Position numbers and translations under genes: made by a program. Under the pieces are notes generated by a model that saw only the letters and a list, made by a program, of their open reading frames with translations, did no database searches and had not been told where the DNA came from. 32,000 nucleotides of DNA from Candidatus Saccharimonadota bacterium (lineage in GTDB: Bacteria; Bacteroidota; Bacteroidia; Cytophagales; Amoebophilaceae). The stretch is taken from NCBI RefSeq assembly GCF_003351905.1, contig NZ_CP022339.1:660001-692000 (forward strand), written 5' to 3'. This document shows positions 1-10,890 of the stretch, piece by piece. Numbering within the stretch: the first letter of the stretch is position 1; every line of letters starts with the position of its first letter.

Positions 1-1871
1 GCTTCCTCGCGGCCATCTTCTTCAACGCCTAATTGAACCAATGGGCCATATTTGCCCAATCGGACGATTAATGAAGCATTGGTTGCTGGATCTTTTCCTA
101 AGCGCCTTGTGTAGCTGACCGTTGATCGCTCTATGCCAGCAGTAGCTTGCACTTTAGGGTAAAAACCACTATAAAATTCACTTAACATCTGGTTCCAAAT
201 CTTAGCACCTTGTGCAATTTTATCCAGCTCTTTCTCCACTTGTGCGGTAAAGTTATAGTCGGTTACATCAGAAAAGTGTTGAACCAAAAAGTCATTGACC
301 ACTGCAGCCATATCAGTTGGGAAAAGCTTTTGTTTCTCTGCACGAACGATTTCAGTTAGTGTTTCTGTCTGTATGTGGTTGTTTTGTAGCGTTAATAACT
401 TATAGGCGCGTGGAAAACCTTCACGAGACTCCAGCTTAATGTAGCCTCTTTTCTGAATAGTGGCAATAATAGGTGCATAGGTAGATGGACGTCCGATTTC
501 CCTTTCCTCTAAATCGCGCACCAAAGTAGCTTCAGTATACCGAGCAGGTGGATTCGTGAACCGTTCTCTAGCCCACATTTTCTCTAAGCAAAGCGCTTGG
601 CCTATATGGAGCGGCGGCAACATCCCTTTGGTCTCATCTGAACCCTCTTCATCCACTTGGTCGCGTGCATAAGCTTTTAGAAATCCTTCAAACTTTAATA
701 CTTCTCCTGTTGCGATCAGTGGTTGATCTGTTGTAGAGATTTGGATGGTTGCAATCGTTTTTTCTATTTGTGCATCGGCCATATGAGCGGCCATTGCTCT
801 ACGCCAAATGAGCTCATAGAGCCGCTGCTCATCCTTATGGCTACTGGCTACTTTTACTGAAAAATCAGTAGGCCGTATGGCTTCATGGGCTTCTTGTGCA
901 GTCGATGATTTAGTCGTATAACTTCTAGCCTGGAAATAGGCTGCCCCATAGGTGGTGGAGACCATTTCGGATATGTTTTGTATCGCTTCTTTTGAAAGAT
1001 TAACCGAGTCCGTTCGCATATAAGAAATCTTACCTGTTTCATAGAGTTGCTGCGCCAATGCCATCGTACGGTTGACAGAATAGCCCAGTTTTCTACTTGC
1101 CTCTTGTTGTAGTGTAGAAGTAATAAAAGGAGGGGAGGGAGATCGCTTTAATGCTTTTGTATCCAATGCTTTAATCGAAAAAAGTGCCCCTTTGCATTTT
1201 TCTAGAAATGTAAAGGCTTCTGCTTCCGTTTTAAACTTCTCTGGACTATCTGCTTTGAGTACCTGTCCCGTTGGTAAGCTAAAAAAAGCAGAGACCGCAA
1301 AGTGCGCCGTTGTAACGAAACGATCAATCGCCCTTTCTCGCTCTACTACCATCCTTACTGCAACAGATTGCACACGGCCTGCAGAAAGACCCGGTTTAAT
1401 CTTTTTCCATAGCAAAGGCGATAGATCATACCCTACTAGTCTGTCTAAAACGCGTCTAGCTTGCTGGGAGTCAACCAAATCTAGGTCGATGGTACGGGGT
1501 TGTTTCAATGCATTTAAAACAGCCATTTTGGTAATTTCCCTAAAGACAATCCGTTGTACTTTGTCATCCTTTAACTCCAGTGCTTCTTTTAAGTGCCATG
1601 AAATCGATTCGCCTTCTCGGTCATCATCGCTAGCTAAATAAACACAGTCAGAGTTATGGGCTAATTTTTTAAGCTGTTGTACCACGCGTTCCTTTCCAGG
1701 ACTGATTTCATAACTGGGCAAAAAACCTTGCTCGATATTAATGGCGTTGTTGCCTTTAATCAAGTCTCTAATATGGCCATTTGAGGAGGCGACTTGATAA
1801 CTACTGCCTAGGTAGCGCTCAATAGTTTTGGCTTTTGCAGGTGACTCAACAATAACTAGATTTTTTGCCAT
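1..1871 (-). CDS. topA: DNA topoisomerase I, N-terminal ~623 codons; the 3' end of the gene lies beyond the window start
   Basis: Uninterrupted minus-strand frame from ATG at 1869-1871 to the window edge. Translation starts MAKNLVIVESPAKAKTIERYLG (Toprim). It contains YETGKISYMRTDS (active-site Tyr region), AHEAIRPT and RYTEATLVRDLEEREIGRPSTYAPII. It is absent from the ORF track because there is no stop inside the window. Confidence 0.92.
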   Translation of the reverse strand, partial: MAKNLVIVESPAKAKTIERYLGSSYQVASSNGHIRDLIKGNNAINIEQGFLPSYEISPGKERVVQQLKKLAHNSDCVYLASDDDREGESISWHLKEALELKDDKVQRIVFREITKMAVLNALKQPRTIDLDLVDSQQARRVLDRLVGYDLSPLLWKKIKPGLSAGRVQSVAVRMVVERERAIDRFVTTAHFAVSAFFSLPTGQVLKADSPEKFKTEAEAFTFLEKCKGALFSIKALDTKALKRSPSPPFITSTLQQEASRKLGYSVNRTMALAQQLYETGKISYMRTDSVNLSKEAIQNISEMVSTTYGAAYFQARSYTTKSSTAQEAHEAIRPTDFSVKVASSHKDEQRLYELIWRRAMAAHMADAQIEKTIATIQISTTDQPLIATGEVLKFEGFLKAYARDQVDEEGSDETKGMLPPLHIGQALCLEKMWARERFTNPPARYTEATLVRDLEEREIGRPSTYAPIIATIQKRGYIKLESREGFPRAYKLLTLQNNHIQTETLTEIVRAEKQKLFPTDMAAVVNDFLVQHFSDVTDYNFTAQVEKELDKIAQGAKIWNQMLSEFYSGFYPKVQATAGIERSTVSYTRRLGKDPATNASLIVRLGKYGPLVQLGVEEDGREE

Positions 1872-2180
1872 AGAGATATTTGTTGTAATAAAAAATAGCC
1901 TACTACAATAGTATGATGCTTGCAAGATGAATAATATACAGCTTAGCGTTAACTTTTCCTGCGTTATGGTCTTTGCTGCATGCTATTGAGACATCCTATT
2001 GAGTGATCTGGGCCCAATTTACAAATGGTTATTTAATTATAATATTATATAGCTGCTAAATAAGATACAATGTTCCATATAATATAATTACCCTGTGCTA
2101 AAAATGATTGTAGTGTGTACAATGACGTCAGCTTAAGGTACCCATAATTATTTTATCTGATAATAAGTCATTTTTATTCT

Positions 2181-2207
2181 TATTTTTTCTTGATAAGAAA
2201 CAAAACT
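2181..2207. repeat. Partial copy of the palindromic MITE-like repeat core (TATTTTTTCTTGATAAGAAACAAAAC)
   Basis: Matches ATTTTTTTCTTGATAAAAAAGTGGACAAAA of the repeat at 12787-12818 over the TTTTTTCTTGATAA core. Short and degenerate. Confidence 0.3.
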
Positions 2208-2250
2208 CCTTATACATTAAGCGGCTGAAAGTGCCGCTTAATGTATAAGG
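2208..2250 (-). terminator. Perfect 18-bp stem / 7-nt loop hairpin, probable rho-independent terminator for the minus-strand lipoprotein gene
   Basis: CCTTATACATTAAGCGGC-TGAAAGT-GCCGCTTAATGTATAAGG. On the minus strand it is followed by the U-rich AGUUUUGUUUCUU. It lies about 207 nt downstream of the stop at 2457. Confidence 0.45.
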
Positions 2251-2456
2251 ATATTATGGCCGCAAGCAAGGGGTATATCCATAATCCATACAAAAATTGG
2301 CTGTAATTATTTACAGGAGCCTACTTGCGCAGCTCACTTTAGCTTAGGTTGTATGTTATTATTTCTACATTTGTTTCCTAAGTTTTACTAAAGCGTGGTT
2401 CCTTAAGTTGATACCGTGACCTTTATGGCTACCTCCTGCTTGAGATCAGTTAACAA

Positions 2457-3347
2457 CTATTTATTTTTTATCCTTGACGTCTTTTTTTTATGCTGTTTTC
2501 CTTGTTCCTTTGGCTTGTACTCACGCAATTTAGCTTCAATAGAAGAACTGAGTAGATAATCAGGAACAGTTAAACCACCATTATTGGTTTGATCTAGGTT
2601 TATTTTACCTGTATTTAACAAAATAGTCATGATATCCCATTGTTTATCCTCAGGTATACCCCAAGAATTCTTCGCGAGTTTCATCATCAATGTTGTGCCG
2701 TCGCGATTTGCTATATTTGGATTTAGCCCTTTATTAAGCCACTTTTGCAGTGTATCTAAATTGAAGTTATCCTGTGATATCTTATGCACTAGTTCGTGGA
2801 CAGTCATGCCTTGAAATCTTTCCAATTTTGGTAATTGAAAGACTGTTGACTCAGGTGTATCATTGTGCAGCCAAGTTTTATTGAATGGTGCGTTCTTGAA
2901 TTTTAACTTGTAATCTTTTGAGTGGTTCAAAAAATTGATTAGTTCGTTAGCTTCAGGACTATTCGAGCTACTATTATTGGGTCTATTGCTATTTGTATGG
3001 TTAACTCGATAGTCTACTGTTGTAATCGTATTATTACTATTTCGATTAGTTGGTTCAGTGTTGTTATTAAGCGAATAAGTAATACCGCCAGCAGCACTTA
3101 ATAATATAATAAACCCGAGTAATCCTGCACCTAGCATTTGTTTACATGTACAACTATTGTTTTTCTTCGTGTTGTTTTGATCCTCGCTTAATAGATTCTC
3201 ATTATTATCATTACCCCACTCCTCATTGACTGTGTACGAACCATGTGCACCTAACGTTTGCCTTGTATCGACACAAGACGATAAAGTAGATAAGCTGAAT
3301 AATCCGATTAGTAGGCCTGCTATATATTTTGTATATTTTTGTTTCAT
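2457..3347 (-). CDS. Hypothetical lipoprotein with an Asn-rich low-complexity linker, a second hydrophobic segment and a C-terminal ankyrin-like repeat region
   Basis: ORF 2457..3386; the ATG at 3347 gives MKQKYTKYIAGLLIGLFSLSTLSSC (basic n-region, hydrophobic core, LSSC lipobox). Second hydrophobic stretch: LGAGLLGFIILLSAAGGITYSL. N/S-rich tract: NNNTEPTNRNSNNT...NSNRPNNSSSNS. C-terminal NIANRDGTTLMMKLAKN...ILLNTGKINLDQTNNGGLTVPDYL resembles ANK repeats. Confidence 0.6.
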   Translation of the reverse strand: MKQKYTKYIAGLLIGLFSLSTLSSCVDTRQTLGAHGSYTVNEEWGNDNNENLLSEDQNNTKKNNSCTCKQMLGAGLLGFIILLSAAGGITYSLNNNTEPTNRNSNNTITTVDYRVNHTNSNRPNNSSSNSPEANELINFLNHSKDYKLKFKNAPFNKTWLHNDTPESTVFQLPKLERFQGMTVHELVHKISQDNFNLDTLQKWLNKGLNPNIANRDGTTLMMKLAKNSWGIPEDKQWDIMTILLNTGKINLDQTNNGGLTVPDYLLSSSIEAKLREYKPKEQGKQHKKKTSRIKNK

Positions 3348-3616
3348 AATGTAGTATTTAAATTTGTAAATGATATGATATAACATGGACTAAGCAGCAT
3401 GCTTGCCATGAATATTTATATCCTACCATAGCCCGCCATCTGCTTAGCTTTAATGAAAGCAAAAAAGCAACCTATTAGGCCTAATCGACCTGAGGTATAC
3501 TGCTGTGCTTCTCTAGAATTTTATGAAAAAATAAATAGAATTCCTACAAAATAAACTGGATATCAGTTTAAAAAATAACATCTATGGTTTTTTGTTGCTT
3601 TATTTCTGAAAAATTT

Positions 3617-3647
3617 ATTGCAAATTAGAAAAAAGTATGTACCTTTG
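3617..3647 (+). promoter_or_regulatory. Candidate Bacteroidota-type promoter for 16S rRNA (-33 TTG / -7 TAnnTTTG)
   Basis: ATTG at 3617-3620, then a 19-nt spacer, then TACCTTTG at 3640-3647. This matches the TTTG-N19-21-TAnnTTTG consensus about 180 nt upstream of the mature 16S 5' end. Confidence 0.35.
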
Positions 3648-3716
3648 TATCAGAGTTGATCAGAATGAGTGGGTAACCAGATAAAAGGTGGCTCATTCAG
3701 CGTTGATTTAGCTTTA

Positions 3717-3727
3717 GTTCTTTGAAA
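3717..3727 (+). promoter_or_regulatory. boxA-like antitermination motif in the 16S leader
   Basis: GTTCTTTGAAA versus the boxA core GCTCTTTAACA (8/11). It is preceded by the inverted repeat GAATGAG...CTCATTC (3664-3697, boxB-like position). Confidence 0.25.
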
Positions 3728-3730
3728 TAG

Positions 3731-3769
3731 ATGTAGGTAAGAAGCTCATTTAATTATGAGTGAGAGGGA
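3731..3769 (+). other. 16S leader half of the processing helix
   Basis: GGTAAGAAG (3736-3744) and GAGAGGGA (3762-3769) are exact complements of trailer CTTCTTACC (5377-5385) and TCCCTCTC (5370-5377). The 17 nt between them include a small hairpin, CTCAT-TTAATT-ATGAG (3745-3760). Confidence 0.6.
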
Positions 3770-3829
3770 AGTGTGTGACTCAAAAAATCATTCCTAGTTT
3801 CATGATTAGGGATAACGTTTATAAATAAT

Positions 3830-5353
<1,524 letters not shown>

Positions 5354-5369
5354 TATAGAGTAGGTATAC

Positions 5370-5389
5370 TCCCTCTCTTCTTACCGCAT
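5370..5389 (+). other. 16S trailer half of the processing helix
   Basis: TCCCTCTCTTCTTACCGCAT pairs with leader 3731-3769 (see the leader feature). Confidence 0.6.
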
Positions 5390-5645
5390 TTATTTTAAGT
5401 TTTATTCCTGTTTTTTTCTCTCCCTCTGTTCACGTCCTATATAAAAAATCGATAAAATAGATCTTTAATAGCCTGTTTTTATCTTATACGGGGTTTTTAA
5501 TTATCACTTTTTTGAATGATAATGTCTATTATCTTCGGCACACAACTGGGTCATTCCTAATGCATAACGGACGGGATTATGTAAGCTTACTATATCGATA
5601 TGTAGTGCTACATATTTAACGTAATCTCTTTACAAAATAGACATT

Positions 5646-6146
5646 TCATACAATTACTCCATTTGCTATGGTTATGCCTAAATCCGTTAGCGTTTTGCCA
5701 GCCATGCTGGTATATATACTTGTTATACGATAACATTTTAATGGGCCATCAACCGTATAAATGATGCGGAATCTATGCGTTTCAAAAATATAGTTTGATA
5801 GGTAACTATCTTGCATACATACATGTTCCCCATCTATTTGACCATTGAGTAGATTCAATTTATACAACAAGTTTCCGTTATGAAGGTGCTTAGATAAAGA
5901 TGCCTCAGCTGTATCGTATAGATATTGATACTGCTGCTTACCTATATGCGTAGTATTTGATTGTAAATAGTGTATGGCAACTTTTTCTGAATATACAACC
6001 AAATTGGGGTTGATTTCTGATGCTGTAAAAAGGCCATAACCATATGCTATAGCATTTTGTTTCGAAATCTTTGCGGTTACATGCCTAGCTATTTTCCAAA
6101 TGCCTGGGAAAAAATCAAAAACTTGCTTTGCGGTTTTGGGCTGCAT
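5646..6146 (-). CDS. Hypothetical protein; motif pattern resembles the DUF6314 / calycin-like beta-barrel family
   Basis: 166-aa ORF starting 5 nt after the accA stop. FFPGIWKIARHV...GYGLF...VYSEKV...QQYQYLYD...GEHVCMQDSYLSNYIF...FRIIYTVDGPLKCYRITSIY recalls the G-W-x-R ... Y-E-G ... H-C-x-D-Y ... V-x-GP-K pattern. Family assignment is from memory only. Confidence 0.55.
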   Translation of the reverse strand: MQPKTAKQVFDFFPGIWKIARHVTAKISKQNAIAYGYGLFTASEINPNLVVYSEKVAIHYLQSNTTHIGKQQYQYLYDTAEASLSKHLHNGNLLYKLNLLNGQIDGEHVCMQDSYLSNYIFETHRFRIIYTVDGPLKCYRITSIYTSMAGKTLTDLGITIANGVIV

Positions 6147-6151
6147 AGGGG

Positions 6152-7099
6152 TCAGCCAATTTTACCCATTGCACAGAACTTATCTGTGCGTTCTTGGAGT
6201 AGGGTGTCAATAGGTTTACTGGATAATTTTTCTAAATGCTTGAGGATACCCTCCTTAATAAGCGCTGCAGCAGTGGGCAAATCCCTATGTGCACCCCCAA
6301 TTGGTTCCTTAATAAGACCATCTATTAAACGAAACCTAGCCATGTCTTTAGCCGTTATTTGTAACATTTCTGCCGCCTGTTCTTTGTAATCCCAACTTTT
6401 CCAGAGAATAGAAGAACAAGATTCAGGTGTAATCACAGAATACCAGGTATGTTCTAGCATCAGTACATAGTCACCTATTGCAATGCCTAACGCACCACCT
6501 GATGCACCCTCTCCAATCACAATGGATATAATCGGCACACGTAATCCAAACATAGCTTGAATATTGCTGGCAATCGCTTCTGCTTGGCCACGTTCTTCTG
6601 CCTCCAGGCCTGGATAGGCACCAGGTGTATCTATAAAGGTAATAATCGGTTTATTAAATTTTTCTGCCAAACGCATCAACCGTAATGCTTTGCGGTATCC
6701 TTCTGGATTCGGCATGCCAAAGTTACGCATTTGTCGTTCTTTTGTAGTTCGTCCCTTTTGGTGACCAATGAACATGATGGTTTGCCCATTGATCGTACCA
6801 AACCCACCCACCATGGCATGATCGTCCCTGGCAAAGCGGTCCCCATGTAATTCAACAAAATTTTCTGTTATCTGTTGGATGTAGTCAAGTGTATAAGGTC
6901 TATTTGGATGGCGCGCCAGTTGGACCCGTTGCCACCGGGTTAGATTTTGAAAGGTTCTCTTTTGTAATGCTTGTATCTCACCAGCTAATTTAGCAATAGC
7001 AGCTATAAGCGCTGGTTCATTTTGTGCTTTAGCAGATGCTTGCATCCTCGCAAGCTTTTCTTCAAGTTTAACAATGGGTTTTTCAAAATCTAATAGCAT
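6152..7099 (-). CDS. accA: Acetyl-CoA carboxylase carboxyltransferase subunit alpha
   Basis: ORF 6152..7144; the internal ATG at 7099 gives the canonical N-terminus MLLDFEKPIVKLEEKL. Also HPNRPYTLDYI, GRTTKERQMRNFGMPNPEGYRKALRLMRLAEKFNKPIITFIDTPGAYPG and AEERGQAEAIA. Confidence 0.93.
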   Translation of the reverse strand: MLLDFEKPIVKLEEKLARMQASAKAQNEPALIAAIAKLAGEIQALQKRTFQNLTRWQRVQLARHPNRPYTLDYIQQITENFVELHGDRFARDDHAMVGGFGTINGQTIMFIGHQKGRTTKERQMRNFGMPNPEGYRKALRLMRLAEKFNKPIITFIDTPGAYPGLEAEERGQAEAIASNIQAMFGLRVPIISIVIGEGASGGALGIAIGDYVLMLEHTWYSVITPESCSSILWKSWDYKEQAAEMLQITAKDMARFRLIDGLIKEPIGGAHRDLPTAAALIKEGILKHLEKLSSKPIDTLLQERTDKFCAMGKIG

Positions 7100-7281
7100 A
7101 CAATAGCAATTTGGTAAAGTGCGTTCCAGCACTGCTTGTAGCAAATCTAATGCTTTTTTAGCATAACCCAGTTGAGATTTGGTGTAGCTGATCGATGATT
7201 GATGTATTTCCCTATAACTTTTTCACTAAATTGCGACTTGTAGTATTTATAAATTATAGATATCATTTGGTAGGCATAGAG

Positions 7282-10200
7282 ATGAAAAGGTATAAAACAC
7301 AACCGCAGCTCAACTTATTAAAGGTTGCGCAAGAAATCGAACTTTTTTGGGACGCACAAGAAACATTTGCCTGTTCTATGCAGCAGCGTGAAAACGGTAC
7401 GCCTTTTGTTTTTTTTGAAGGTCCCCCTTCAGCCAATGGTGCACCGGGTGTACACCATATTTTATCCATGACGGTTAAGGATCTTTTTACTAGGTATAAG
7501 ACCATGCAGGGGTATTATGTGCGCCGTAAAAGTGGTTGGGATACCCATGGTTTACCGGTAGAGCTGCAAGTAGAAAAGAAATTAGCCATTACCAAAGAAG
7601 ATATTGGCAAAAAAATTAGCATTGTTGATTATAATCAGGCCTGTCGCTCAACGGTTATGGCCTATAAAAGCGCGTGGGAAGCGTTAAACAAGCGACTGGG
7701 TTACTGGAAAGATAACCAAAACCCTTACATCACCTATGAACGCGATTATATTGAGTCTGTTTGGTACTTACTCAAAGCACTGTATAATAAAGAATTGCTC
7801 TATAAAGGGTATTCTATACAGCCTTACTCACCCCCTACGGGTGTAGGGCTCAGTTCCCATGAATTAAACCAGCCCGGTTGTTATAAGCCTGTCAAAGACA
7901 TTGCCATTGTAGCCCAATTTAAATCCAATGAAAATGAATATTTGCTCGCCTGGACGACTACTCCATGGACTCTTCCTGCCAATAGTGCCTTGGCGGTAGG
8001 GGCTACGATTCAGTATGTTAAAGTGAAGACTATCAACCCTTATACTCGTTTGCCTATTCAGGTGATCTTAGCCGAAGATGCCGTGCAACGTTTTTTTACA
8101 GGCGCACAGGCTAAATGTGTTGGTGATCAATCTGATCATAGTACTCTGCCTTGGGAGATTGTGGCCCGTTATACAGGGGCAGATTTAGTAGGCTTACGGT
8201 ATGAGCAGCTTTTACCATATATACAGCCTAAAGGAGAGGCGTTTAAGGTGGTTGCGGCTGATTTTGTGACCACTACAGAAGGTACGGGCATTGTACACAT
8301 TGCGCCTACTTTTGGTGCAGACGATTACCGAATCGCCCAAAAAGAAAATATTGCTGCGATTATGGTAACCAATGCAGCAGGCGAATCGGTTCCAATTGTA
8401 GATAGGAAAGGTCGTTTTGTACCAGAGATTACTGATTTTGCTGGACGTTATGTCAAAGCCGCCTATGAGGAAGATGCCACTTTACCTTCTGTAGACCTAC
8501 TGATTGCGCGTAAACTCAAGGAAGAAAATAAGGCTTTTAAGGTAGAAAAATATGAACACAGTTATCCCCATTGTTGGCGTACACATAAACCTATTCTCTA
8601 CTATCCACTCGATGCTTGGTTTATTAAAACAACCGCTTATAAGGAGCTACTGATTGAACTCAATGATACCATTCAATGGAAGCCTGCTGCTGTAGGGAAA
8701 GGGCGGTTTGGTAATTGGCTCGAGAATTTGGTGGATTGGAATCTAAGCCGCGAACGCTATTGGGGCATTCCACTGCCTATCTGGCGTACGGTTGATCAAA
8801 AAGAGGAAAAATGCATCAGTTCTATAGCGGAACTACTATTTGAAGTAGAGCAAGCCGTATTAGCTGGCTATATGAAAGAGCAGTTGCCAGCAGATATTGA
8901 TTTACATCGTCCTTATGTAGATGATATTGTACTAGTCAGCAGCAATGGCCTGCCTATGTATCGCGAAACCGCTGTGATAGATGTTTGGTTCGATTCTGGT
9001 GCTATGCCTTGTGCACAATGGCACTATCCATTTGAGAACCAAGAAATGTTTGAAAAAGGTTTTCCTGCTGATTTTATTGCAGAGGGGGTAGATCAAACCA
9101 GAGGATGGTTTTTTACCTTGCATGTAATTGCAACTTTACTGTTTGAAATACCCGCCTTTAAAAATGTGGTAGTCAATGGACTTGTATTGGACAAGCAGGG
9201 CAATAAAATGTCTAAAAGTATAGGCAATACCATCGATCCAATGGAATTATTGACCCAATATGGGCCAGATGCCATACGTTGGTATATGATTAGTAATGCC
9301 AATCCATGGGATAACTTAAAGTTTGATGTGGCAGGTGTAGCTGAAGCAGTACGTAAATTTTTCATTACGCTCCACAGTACCTATAATTTTTTTGCGTTGT
9401 ATGCCAATATAGATCAATTTTATTTTACTAAAAGTGCGGTAGCGCCTAGTGCTTTAGATGAAAGTGATCGGTGGATTATTTCCCGTTCCCATACACTCAT
9501 TAAAACCGTAACGCAAGCCTATGATCACTATGAGCCTACACTAGTGGCTAGGATGATTCAAGACTTTGTAGTAGATGATGTAAGCAACTGGTATGTACGG
9601 CTGAATAGAAAAAGGTTTTGGAAAAATAGCCAGGATAGTGATAAAGAAGCTGCCTATCAGACCCTTTACCATTGTCTGATAACGGTTTCTAAGCTTATGG
9701 CACCTATAGCACCTTTTTATGCAGATTATCTTTACCAAGCATTGAATCAGGTTACGGAAAAAGAAAAGCATCGCTCTGTACATTTGTCAGATTTTCCAAT
9801 AACAGCAGCAGACGCTTTGGATCCAACGCTAGAAGAAGCGATGCGTCAGGTACAAAAAATTGTTTCTATGGCCCATGCTTTACGTAAAAAGCATAAAATT
9901 AAAGTTCGTCAACCTTTGCCTAGTATCCGTATTGTAGGTCTCTTTGCTTCAACTGGATGGGCGCGTTTAGAAGCGTTGATTAAAGCAGAAATTAATGTCA
10001 AGCAAATCCATTATTTAGATGATATCCCTAGTTTTAAAAAAGCCAAACCCAACTTTCCACTTTTAGGTAAACGATATGGCCCTAAAATGAAACAGCTTAG
10101 TGAGGCCATTATAGCTTTAACACCAGCTGAAATTTATGCTTTAGAGCAAGGTCATACCCACCTATTGGATCTACACGGTGAGTCAATTCCACTGAACTTG

Positions 10201-10557
10201 GCAGATATATGGGTGGTGACAGAAGACATCCCCGGATGGTGTGTGGCTACAGAGGGTGAGCTCACCATTGCCTTGGATACCACCTTGGATGATGCTCTCC
10301 AAGAAGAAGGCATGGCGCGTGAGTGGGTGCATCGCATTCAGCAATTACGTAAAACCCTAAACTTTGATATTCAAGATAATATAATAATTGATATTCAGCA
10401 AAACAAAAATCTGATCAGTCAAGCTATTGCTGCCTACAAAGATTATATTTGTATGGAAACGCAGGCGGTACAATTACAATTTGTACCCGAGCTAGAAGGC
10501 GTTGAAGTGGATATAGAAGGGGTAGTGGTGGTGGTTCGGCTGACTAAAGTGGAATAA
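7282..10557 (+). CDS. ileS: Isoleucyl-tRNA synthetase (long Bacteroidota/type-2 form)
   Basis: ORF 7195..10557; ATG at 7282 (MKRYKTQPQLNL) is the likely start. Class I motifs GPPSANGAPGVHHIL (HIGH-type) and GNKMSKSIGN (KMSKS). Also WTTTPWTLPAN and GVDQTRGWFFTL. Confidence 0.95.
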   Translation: MKRYKTQPQLNLLKVAQEIELFWDAQETFACSMQQRENGTPFVFFEGPPSANGAPGVHHILSMTVKDLFTRYKTMQGYYVRRKSGWDTHGLPVELQVEKKLAITKEDIGKKISIVDYNQACRSTVMAYKSAWEALNKRLGYWKDNQNPYITYERDYIESVWYLLKALYNKELLYKGYSIQPYSPPTGVGLSSHELNQPGCYKPVKDIAIVAQFKSNENEYLLAWTTTPWTLPANSALAVGATIQYVKVKTINPYTRLPIQVILAEDAVQRFFTGAQAKCVGDQSDHSTLPWEIVARYTGADLVGLRYEQLLPYIQPKGEAFKVVAADFVTTTEGTGIVHIAPTFGADDYRIAQKENIAAIMVTNAAGESVPIVDRKGRFVPEITDFAGRYVKAAYEEDATLPSVDLLIARKLKEENKAFKVEKYEHSYPHCWRTHKPILYYPLDAWFIKTTAYKELLIELNDTIQWKPAAVGKGRFGNWLENLVDWNLSRERYWGIPLPIWRTVDQKEEKCISSIAELLFEVEQAVLAGYMKEQLPADIDLHRPYVDDIVLVSSNGLPMYRETAVIDVWFDSGAMPCAQWHYPFENQEMFEKGFPADFIAEGVDQTRGWFFTLHVIATLLFEIPAFKNVVVNGLVLDKQGNKMSKSIGNTIDPMELLTQYGPDAIRWYMISNANPWDNLKFDVAGVAEAVRKFFITLHSTYNFFALYANIDQFYFTKSAVAPSALDESDRWIISRSHTLIKTVTQAYDHYEPTLVARMIQDFVVDDVSNWYVRLNRKRFWKNSQDSDKEAAYQTLYHCLITVSKLMAPIAPFYADYLYQALNQVTEKEKHRSVHLSDFPITAADALDPTLEEAMRQVQKIVSMAHALRKKHKIKVRQPLPSIRIVGLFASTGWARLEALIKAEINVKQIHYLDDIPSFKKAKPNFPLLGKRYGPKMKQLSEAIIALTPAEIYALEQGHTHLLDLHGESIPLNLADIWVVTEDIPGWCVATEGELTIALDTTLDDALQEEGMAREWVHRIQQLRKTLNFDIQDNIIIDIQQNKNLISQAIAAYKDYICMETQAVQLQFVPELEGVEVDIEGVVVVVRLTKVE

Positions 10558-10684
10558 GTCACATAGTGGCCTGGTTTATTTGGACAAATTTTGTCTCTGT
10601 TCAGGCAATGGCGTTAACTTAAGTAATATTTTTTATTGATTTTCAAATAAAAATATATATTCTAACCATTGGTTTAATAATGAA

Positions 10685-10788
10685 TTTTATCCCACTTTTT
10701 TTGATAAAAAAGTGGACAAAAAATCATCGCGCTGAACACGTACGCAAAATGAGTCTTAAAAACAAAATATTTTTATCAAAAAAACTTG
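10685..10788. repeat. Short MITE-like palindromic repeat, copy A (internally deleted relative to copy B)
   Basis: TTTTATCCCACTTTTTTTGATAAAAAAGTGGACAAAAAATCA (10685-10726) is near-identical to 12781-12824. GCGCTGAACACGTACGC (10729-10745) matches 13017-13033 at 15/17. The right end, TTTTTATCAAAAAAACTTG, is an inverted copy of the TTTTTTTGATAAAAA core. Confidence 0.6.
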
Positions 10789-10890
10789 CTTGTTAATATA
10801 GTTCGTTCAGGCCTTATGGCACGCAACGGTTGTTTACTTTGCAATAATTTTCTAGGCTTAGTGATTGTTTATTTATCCATGCTAATGAGG

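Noticed and set aside
1192-1641. 149-aa plus-strand ORF
   Set aside because: Antisense to the well-supported topA frame, with no recognisable motifs. The same applies to 854..1042, which lies in another frame of the same strand.
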